Shown here piece by piece: positions 54,571 through 64,000 of a stretch of 64,000 nucleotides of DNA; position 1 is the stretch's first letter, and each line of letters starts with the position of its first letter. The stretch is from positions 14,756,001-14,820,000 of the forward strand of contig NC_135256.1 of assembly GCF_964204865.1 (NCBI RefSeq). The letters run 5' to 3'. A program made the translations under genes and the position numbers. This DNA is from Styela clava. Its lineage: Eukaryota. The notes beneath the pieces are model-generated. The model made no database searches, was not told the origin of the DNA, and saw only the letters and a program-made list of their open reading frames with translations.

Positions 54571-55567
54571 TTATTGGACACGTTTAGTGGCCATAACGAT
54601 CGTTTCAAAATTTTGTTGTTATTGTTATTGTTGTTATTTGTCTCCGTCTCCATTTTTAAAAAATCGCTTTTCTCTTCGAATACTGGACCAATTGCTTTGC
54701 AATTTTCAGTGGTTAAAGATTATTGGACACGTTTAGTGGCCATAACGATCGTTTCAAAATTTTGTTGTTATTGGACACGTTTAGTGGCCATAACGATCGT
54801 TTCAATATTATGTTGTTGTTGTTGTTCTTGTTCTTTGACACGTTTTTAAAAAATCGCTTTTCTCTTCGAATACTGGACCAATTGCTTTGAAATTTTCAGT
54901 GGTTAAAGATTAATTTCTTCGCTAGAAGGCTATTACTTTTATTTATTTCAAAATTTTGCGTGAATTCTATGAAATTTGATATTTCGTCTAAAATTTTGCT
55001 GTATTATTTTTTATCCATGGGAACACTGATTTTAGTCAGTGTCATGACTGGCTGTACGTTTTGATTCTGAAAAATTCTTGCTACTGGAAATTCAGAACTT
55101 TTTTGAGGGTACCGGTAGCGTCAAAAGTACCGGTAAAGACTGATTCGCTCTGGTCTAACGTGTCCATATATTTGTGCGTAGCTCTCTTGTTGTTATTGTT
55201 GTTATTTGTCTCCGTCTCCATTTTTAAAAAATCGCTCTTCTCTTCGAATACTGGACCAATTGCTTTGAAATTTTCAGTGGTTAAAGATTAATTTTTTCGC
55301 TAGAAGGCTATTACTTTTATTTATTTAAAAATTTTGCGTGAATTCTATGAAATTTGATATTTCGTTTAAAATTTTGCTGTATTATTTTTTATCCATGGGA
55401 ACACGGATTTTAGTCAGTGTCATGACTAACGTTTTGATTCTGCAAAATTCTTGCTACTGGAAATTCATAACTTTTTTGAGGGTACCACCGGTAGCGTCAA
55501 AGGTACCGGTACGGACTGATTCGCTCTGGTCTAACGTGTCCATATATTTGTGCGTAGCTCTCTTGTT
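54571..55567 (+). mobile_element. Tandem array of a second HINE/Helentron-like family just after the stop codon of receptor C
   Basis: subTIRs tggacacgtt / aacgtgtcca, (TTG)n microsatellite, head-to-tail partial and full copies; absent after the stop of paralog D. Confidence 0.75.
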
Positions 55568-56139
55568 AAAACATTCGAAACGTATGCTTTATTTGTGAAG
55601 TCAATGTTAGACCTTAAGTAACTATCTAAATAAAATATTTTAAACGATGTGCAAATCAAGAGGAGTCACGTTGGCGCCCACTGCTTACCTCATTGCAGCG
55701 TTGCTCGTATAGTACGTGGTCAGGCTTTTGATTCTGGACGAGTAGGTATGTTCAAATATTATCTGACATTTGAAAATATCTTAAGGTTGCAAATAATCGG
55801 CAAAAAGACAGCTATCAATCTGAATCAATCAATTTTGTATGTGTGTCTGTAAATTTACTTTTTAATATTTTATAACAGAAATACTTTATTTGTTGTTTTT
55901 TTCGTTTATTTTAATTCTTGTTTCAATTTTGATTTATTTTGCTATTTCATTTTGCAGTATTGCAGTATTATTATAATTGAAGTTGCTTTATTTTACTATA
56001 TTTTCGCAATAATGAGAATGAAACACATTAAATTTACGTATATCTTAAAAATTGTATCTTTCACGTTATGTTGTTATATGTTATGAAAGTTATTGTATGA
56101 CTTGCACTTCGAAATTTTACGAGCATCATGGTACTAGTG

Positions 56140-57515
56140 CAATGTTTCCCAACCCGAGTCCGTGGTCTCAAATGAGTCCGCGGAGCGTTTGAATGAGTCC
56201 GCAACGAGCCAGAAATTCACTGCGGGCCGCAAAAGTTTTTGCGAAACTTAATTAACTATCAGCCAAGTTACGATTTACGTTAGAAATTACAAAAAACAAA
56301 AAAAGCCAGTTTATTCGCATAACAAATAAACGAGTCAATTTTTAGAGCTCGGCATATATTCGAATATTCAACTATTAGAATAGCAATTTACTATTCGAAA
56401 ATTCGGTAACATGTCTGTGCACGTTTTGATAGATACGTAATAGGTGCTTCTCGAGTTCGAACAACGAGGAATCATTTTTTTTTCTGGTAGGTGTAAATGG
56501 TGGCAACCTAAATTTTCTAAATCGAAAAGCACTTCGCGACCGATTAAAGACGCTTTTTTAGACATTGCAAATTGCAAAATTCCGGGTGCTACCGTAGTAT
56601 ATGTACCAGGGCATTTTCCTTTAGTATTCTGTGCTTTACTGCCTACACATTGGTACGGACAGTGGTAAAGGAGCGCCGTAAGTGTTGTACAAACAGCTCA
56701 GATTTGTCGAATTCACAAAAAATACGAATCAAAACAAACTATAATCGCCATCGGGCACTTTACCACGCATTTTTGTGTCCACGATTAGCATGGTATTTTC
56801 CGAGTAGTACTGCTTTTATTTCGTCAACACAACCGCAGATAAAAAGGATCACGCATATGAAAGGTTTAAATATTTTTAGCAACAGAAAAAATTATTGAAA
56901 AGTCGGCTCTTTTAACAAGTGACGTATACGCGACGATTCCTTCAGAAGTTGTTCGCGAGAATTTCAAAGCGATATATATATATTTGATTTACTAATATAC
57001 TTTAAATACTTTTTTTATAAATACTAAATTAAGTTGTACATTCTGAAAATTTATAGCAGATAGGATTTTTTCTAACGGCGAAAAAAAATCGCAAGAACGC
57101 AAAAATATGTATCAAATCTGAATATAATCGGGTAATAGGCTACATTCTCTCATTTTTATGTTCGCAGATGGCCGTGGTTATTTAAAGAAGTAATGCTTTC
57201 ACCTTGTAGTAAGTCGACGCAACCGCGAGTTACCATGAACACAATTAAATTAAAATAGAAACATATTTTAAATTCTCGTCGATGTCATGAACTGAATATT
57301 GTGTAAGAAAAAGTCCATTATACACCAAAAAGTCGGCTCTTTTAACGAACGCGTAATTGCGCGAATTTCCGATTTTGAAATTCGTTAAATTTCTGTTGTG
57401 TTTGGTTTTATTGCTTCTTCACACAGAGTACGGTTGCAATAAATGCGCCTTGAGTTCGCAAAGGTTTTCGCTGGTGAGGATATAGTCCGCGACCAAAAAA
57501 GGTTGGGAAACGCTG
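56140..57515. mobile_element. Non-autonomous Buster-type hAT element (1376 bp)
   Basis: TIRs caatgtttcccaacc / ggttgggaaacgctg; TSD tactagtg / ttctagtg; agtccgc subterminal repeats; empty site at about 61971. Confidence 0.88.
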
Positions 57516-58415
57516 TTCTAGTGAAAAAGGTTCAAACTACAAAAATGTTATCCGATTTAATCCGATTTAACACTTTAGCATCTTATAATAAAGTAGATAA
57601 AACATAGTTGTTATAGGCTACTTTGATTCTGTCGTGTGACGTTTCGGCTGGTTGATTTTAGCATCAATTATCAATTTGCTTGGTTGAATTTAAAAACATA
57701 GTAATAATATTCAGTTACTGTAAATCCAGTTTTAGATATCGGCGGAATTGGGAATACTGTTCAGCTAAAACGTTTGAGGTAACAAAAAACCCGAGTAGGC
57801 TACTAAAATTGACAAAACGCTTAATATTTCAACTTTATACTCGATCTTTCGTTTGAATATTTGTGCCAAGTTTTGATCGAATCTAGAGTTATGTAAACAA
57901 TAGTCTGTCCTGACTGGACAAACAATCAAAGCAGACTTACTGTTTAAAAATATTTTGAAAGCACACATTTCCGAATATTACACAACAGTTCATCTATATT
58001 CTATCAAACATTAACTACGGGAGGCTGAACGAATATGCTAAAAACAATCAGGAAATTAAATATAATTCCACGTTAAAATTTAAGGCAAAAACAGTCAAAT
58101 TGGTGATTCCAGCAAAGCATGAGACACAATCAAAGGGATCCTGGGGGTACCTCATAAGTATAGTACGTATTCTGCTCGACATTATCTTATAACAATTTTT
58201 GAATTAAGCAGAAATCTTTTTATCCATGAGTTTTTGCTAAATGCCTTTTGTACAAACTTAATTGTTTTACCTTATCAATTCTCGGGACGAATAACCATTA
58301 ACAGTTTCTTGGGAACAACTTTTTGTTGACCATATTATGCACTAGGGCTGTTGTATTTGAAATTTAGACGATCGGACAGTAGTAGACGATCGGTCTGAAA
58401 GAGTCAGTATTCGTT

Positions 58416-61409
58416 ATGACAAGCGTAAAAATATCGCTATGCTTCTTTGTATTCGCTCTCTTAATCTCCATGGCAAATGGAATATTGCCTGACGCATCGG
58501 AAAAAGCTTCAAGTAAAGACGATGACACAGATCGCCTATGTCCTGAAAATTGTGACTGTTCGGATGAAACATCGCCGGTATGCACAGGTATGTATACATA
58601 TACATAAGTATGTAGTGTGTTTCAAGCACCTCGATTGATATCAGTATTTTTTATACAAATTGTGCGTCTTTAGGGCATACAGATAGTATTATAAATTTGA
58701 TATGAATTTCAATTATTTGATCGGCTTATTTTAAGGTTGCTAGGTTTTTTCATTAGGATTTAAATGATTAAGATTAATGATAAGATTTAAATTAATATAA
58801 AATGATATATAGAATACAGTGACGTGCTATTTTTCCACACATATCTCTGACCAAGTAGGCTCCAAATTGTGACTAGTTACTGCAACCTAACCCTCGTGAA
58901 TTTCCTTGACAAAGTACATTCCTCACGACCTTGGCTACAGTGCTGTCTATCTTGGGTACCCTACAGGTGACTCTAATATGCCCGGGCGTACAGCTTTTTC
59001 TTGTCTTGGTTTGATCAATTTTTCATATCTTCTGTTAAAATGAAGGCTTACATTCTAAGTTCGTTGTATGTGTTGTTTAATAATAAACTTTGAAATTGTA
59101 AAATTCCAAGTTGATTACGAGTATTGTAATCTCAACTCATCTTGTTGATACTTTACAGTTCTTTTAGATTTAAACGACTCCATAATGCTATAGGGCAGTG
59201 GCATAATAATTCATATTTCATTTGCATGAGCCAAAACGACATAAGGTAACTGGATGGAACTAAAAATTATTACATTTCTTTATAATTTGACCAGTTTATC
59301 AATTTATTTAATTTTTTATAACACTTTTAAGAAATATTATTTGTAATAAGATTAGGGGCATCTTCATTTATTTCCTATTGTATGAGTAATAATCTTGAAC
59401 ATACATAAAAGCTGTATAAAATAAAATAATCAGTGTAAAGAATATTTGATAACATTTCATGTCTTGAGAAATTAAAGGCTGCAATATTTACTGTGATACA
59501 ATTACAAAACAACGGTATGTACAACCAGAACTTTTTTAAATTTAAATTAGCATTAATTGTAATTTTTCTAACTGAAATCTTAGATAATATGTAATCAACA
59601 GTGAATATTTGTACATAAACTTACGTGTTTTATTCAACAGACATTTCCCAAATACCAAAATACTTCCGTGATGGTAATGTAATAGAGAGTTTAACAGTAC
59701 TCGACTCACCCTGTTTGACGTCAATTAATGATGAAGATGCATTCGAACGTTATGACAGAAATCTCGAAACTCTTATTTTTCGTCAAACAGGACTTAATGT
59801 CGTTAACTGGGAAGCTTTCGCAAAAGTTAGGAAATTGAAGGTGACGAAAAGGCATTTTGTACATTATAAAAAATTTAACCATCGTACAATTTCTACTTGA
59901 ATCCCTATACTATATTCAAATAAAATGATTCATTCAATTTATTAGCGTTAAACATTGTTAAATGAGAGTGACCATGATTATATATGTTCTGCGGAGATAG
60001 TGGTGATATGGTTTGCGTGTTCTTGAAAAAAAAAATATATTTGTCAAAGTTAAAACTCGACTCGCATACCTATCCATGCCCTGTTTGAATATACCTAGGA
60101 CCGTGATTTTACAATATTGTATGAATTTATCTGTCTCGTTAATTCATCTTTCTTAACTAATGACAAATTACCCAAAATTTGAGTGATTTTCACGATTTCA
60201 TGGTCCAATTCTTATTGGCTATTTTAATTGCGTTAATAATTTTGCTAATGATATAATAAAAATGATTATAAGCTATTTTCGGTGGCACAAGTGTTCATGT
60301 GTTGTTTGTCTTTTTACAGACACTTGAAATATCATCGAGTCAGTTGAAATGCTTTGAACCGATGGATCTAAAAAATTTACAAACTCTGAATTTGTCGCGC
60401 AACAATGATTTAAAGTTTTGTACAACTCAAGAATTGTTTGTGGAAATGCCTTCCTTGGAAACATTGGATCTGAGAAATTGTAGTATTCAGGTAAAATCTT
60501 AAAAACATTTGCATTTGCACAATTTTTCTTGAGCTATTGATTTTATACTTTTATGCTTTCAATTTTTTTTTGGTATATTACGTGCTTTTTAAAACCCTTT
60601 ATATTTAGGGAATGTATGAATATATTTTCCGTGGACCAAATGCACTTACTTACCTGAATATGGATTTTAACAACAAACTGGAAGACATACCTAAATACGC
60701 CTTTTCTAATCTTTCAAGATTACAAGAACTTCATATAAGCAGCTGTGGATTACGAACTCTTTATCCAGAGCATTTTTCCACGGCATATAACGAGGGGAGT
60801 TTGAAATCCGTGATAGCAATCGGAAACTATTGGGAATGTGAAACGATGTGCAAGTTCGGAGAATGGATGGACGACAACGACGAGTTTCGCGAAATTTTTT
60901 TTGGTGGGCGCTGCGAAACGCCGACTCATTTGAATGACAAATTTCTTCGGTATTTGGGCGAAAGTGAGCTCTGTTACATCTACACATCTGATGCTATCAT
61001 TGTGATAGGTACACTTTGTTTAATGATGCTCATACTTATCTGCTGCTTCGCGTTAGCTTTTAAAAACTGTTTTATCGGAATGTGTAAAAGTAGTTCCACA
61101 TATAGGCCTAGTCGGTCCAGTCAACAGCAATCTAATTCACAAAGTAGACGTCGAACAAGTCGGGAAGGCGTAGAAAATTCCGCCGCAGAGACGGACGATC
61201 ACACTATTGTTACTGTTGATGGAGCGATGTCCGCTGATTCTGTTGGGGGATGGTGTATACACGATATAGATCCACCTGGCTATGACGCAGTCGTAGGAAA
61301 AAATAATGAAAACATGGATTTCATGCAAATGACTTTGCAAAATGCAGATGACGCAGATTCGATGACAGATATCCCTCCACCTCCATACGTTGAGCATGCT
61401 TTTGCTTAA
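58416..61409 (+). CDS. LRR single-pass receptor D (exons 58416-58587, 59641-59840, 60320-60490, 60609-61409)
   Basis: Close paralog of C with intact frame; PPGYDAV and PPPPYVEH. Confidence 0.9.
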
Positions 61410-63427
61410 GTATTATAAAAACACCCAAAACGTATGCTTAATATGTGTCGTTAATGTTAGACTTTAAGTAACTACCTAAATAAAATATTTTTAAACAATG
61501 TGCAAACCAATAGGGGTCACGCTGATGATCACTGCTTACCTCATTGCGGAGTTGCCTGTATGATATGTGGCCAGGTTTTTGATCCTGAATGACTATGTTT
61601 AGATAATATCTGACGTTTATGCATATCTTGAGGTTACAAATATTCAGCAAAAAGGCTGGTTATCAATCAATCGTGAATCAATCAATCTAGTATGGGTGTC
61701 TTCAAATACACTTTCTTAATGTTTTATTACAGAAATATTTTATTTGTTCTTCTTGTTTTTAAATAATTTTGATTTATTTTGCTATTTCATTTTGCATTAA
61801 TGCAGTATTATTATAATTAAAGTTGCTTTATTTTACTATATTTTCAGAATAATGGGAATGAAACACATTAAATGAACGTGTATCTTAAAAATTGTATCTT
61901 TACGTTATGTTGTTATATGTTATGAAAGTTATTATAGGACTCGCACTTCGAAATTTTAAGAACGCCACGGTTCTCCTGAAATAGGTTCAAACTACAAAAA
62001 TGTTATCCGATTCATGAAAGGACTTTAGTGTCTTATAATAAAGTAGATAAAACATAAAAAAGCGTTATAGGCTACTTTAATCTGTCGTGTGGCGTTTCGT
62101 ATTACACCATAACATTTACAAGGCATAGAAAACGTTGAATCAATACAACAATGTTTGCATTAATATTGATTTTTATCAAATATTAACAGAAATAATGTGA
62201 TATGCACACCTTTATGAATATGTATAATTTTCGTAATTATATTTCATTTTATGACGCCATTCTTCTTTTTATATATATTAGGAGCCCATATGTTGTGCAA
62301 ATTAGATAAAAGACAAGGGGAAAATGCTCAAATATAGGGACACGAAAGTTCAATGACTAACCGCACCACCGTTAGGACCGTATGCAACTTGCACATATCT
62401 GATCATTCAAAAGCTTTGTATAAGAATTGCAAATCAAGCCAATAATTCACATAGGCAGCGCAGCTGGGTAGTAAGCCTAAGCACCGAGCAGTTTTCGAAA
62501 AAAGCTGGGTTTGTTCTGACGTAATATACGCGATAGCGCAAAATTCGTATTAACGGTAAAGTTTCGAATGACAAATCAGAGAAACTTGAAGAGAATTTGA
62601 AAAAATAAAAGTTAGAGGTTTCGAGCGGTTTCAACCCTCTTCGTACCTGAAAACAATTAACCCCACAACAATCATAAAAATTCGGCCAAACGATCCATAG
62701 TGACATTTCTTGTCCAATAATATGACGATGGAGTCAAGTTTATTATTTGCTTGTGATTTGCGGTGTGTTGCGAAGTCTTAATCCTTTTGATTATGCGCTC
62801 ACATAAAGGATGAAATAATGCCACACCGGAGACATTTATATATCTGAACCAATTTAATTACATCTACGTGCTCCAACATCCGAACATGTATTCTGTTACT
62901 TGTTACTTGAATAATAAGGAATATAAATGTTTATACAGTATAATTAGGGTTCGTACTTATGTAACTTCATTGAAAACAGACTTTAGAAAACTATTACTTG
63001 GTGGGATGAAGATGCGATGCACGACGCAGAACGAACTCTGATGGATTACTGCACGCCCGTTTACTGTAGTTTCCTTTCGACAAAAATTTGATGATGGAAT
63101 TTTCAGAACTTTCGCTTCGTGAAATTCTATATATATATATATATATAAAGCTGATCGATTATTATGCGAACAGGAACTGACTGCATTATCCGATTATTTT
63201 GTCTCGTCATTTCTGTTGTTTTATCAATTTATTTACTCGGTAAACAGAGAAATATTTATTAGCACATTAACATTTCTACACAATTAAATATTAACAGAAG
63301 GGTGTTGGGCCACACATATCTATATTTGAACGCGAAACTACATCGCGAAGAGCTATCTAGACAAGTCAGTCATATTCGGAGATTTAGTTTTTACGGCATG
63401 CTGCCAAGAAAAATTAAAAATAGAAAT

Positions 63428-63614
63428 ATGGCATTATTAAGATTTCCAATTATTTTATTGTATGCTGCATCTCTTTCATCTATTTACTGTACAGAGAGAA
63501 AACTTGCACCTCAAGCAGTTTATCAGCAAAATCAACCCCCACAAAATTCAAGCTCTCCACCTTGCGCATGCCCAGAAGAATGCCAGTGCCTGGGACAAGT
63601 TGTTATTTGCACAG
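63428..63614 (+). CDS. First exon of LRR receptor E (gene continues beyond the window)
   Basis: Signal peptide MALLRFPIILLYAASLSSIYC, LRRNT CACPEECQCLGQVVICT, phase-1 donor at the same position as in A, C and D. Confidence 0.8.
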
Positions 63615-64000
63615 GTAATAGCATTGTTCTATCAAAATAGCTACACAAATTAAATTAGAGTACGTGTATGATGTGAAATTTGTGCAAATTTTAAAGGAGT
63701 GATTTGGATTAGATTGTTAACTATTTCCTATTTCCACGTTTATTTTCTACAACAATGTTGGTACTAACTGATAAGTTGAGTTAATGTATGCGCTCGAGTG
63801 TTTTTCCAGTTCGATTGCAGAAATAAGTGCATAGAGACCTAGAGAGTCGTTTCAGTCACATAGATTTATAAGACGTAGTTTTACACCTTCCGTTTCAAAC
63901 AAGACTCTGCACAAACAGCCAGCCACAGTTAAGTAGATACTATAGTTTGGAGGGACCAGAATCTTTCCCGTTGGACATTGCCCACTCAATTTAATGTACC

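Larger units (their letters stand above)
50568..62099 (+). repeat. Two-unit tandem duplication carrying LRR receptors C and D (junction at about 57645)
   Basis: Promoter, introns and 3' flanks align; unit 1 is longer because of three TE insertions. Confidence 0.9.

Noticed and set aside
54527-55598. Hydrophobic or Cys-rich ORFs after receptor C
   Set aside because: Translations of (TTG)n microsatellites in the HINE-like array
42706-61397. Minus-strand ORFs overlapping LRR terminal exons
   Set aside because: Antisense shadows of real + strand exons
39110-61409. Calling the LRR genes TLRs or VLRs
   Set aside because: No TIR domain after the TM; they have introns and cytoplasmic tails rather than a GPI-type stalk; no cassette array seen

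Overview
AT-rich eukaryotic (animal) genomic DNA with short GT-AG introns. Gene content and style suggest a marine invertebrate such as an ascidian (inference, not verified). All supported host genes are on the + strand, in two adjacent tandem arrays. (1) About 2.7-25.7 kb: three near-identical five-exon secreted 'mini-collectins' (signal peptide, Cys segment, only 5 Gly-X-Y triplets including GKAGP, coiled neck, QPD-type C-type lectin domain) plus a divergent fourth C-type lectin. (2) About 33-64 kb: a family of single-pass membrane proteins that share a juxtamembrane Cys cluster and cytoplasmic PPxY/LPxY (PY) motifs. Two have almost no ectodomain (Commissureless/PMEPA1-like layout). Five are LRR-family genes: three complete LRRNT-LRR-LRRCT-TM genes with no TIR or kinase domain, one transposon-disrupted pseudogene, and one running off the window. 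Between the arrays lies an intact Buster/Charlie-type hAT transposon with a perfect 8-bp TSD, nested in an older MITE. Many non-autonomous hAT, Tc1/mariner-type and Helentron/HINE-like elements are present, several confirmed by empty sites in paralogous repeats. The best candidate novel system is the TIR-less LRR-PY receptor and PY-adaptor cluster (putative NEDD4-recruiting receptors) beside diversifying mini-collectins. Exon models were built by eye from splice sites, phase and paralog comparison.
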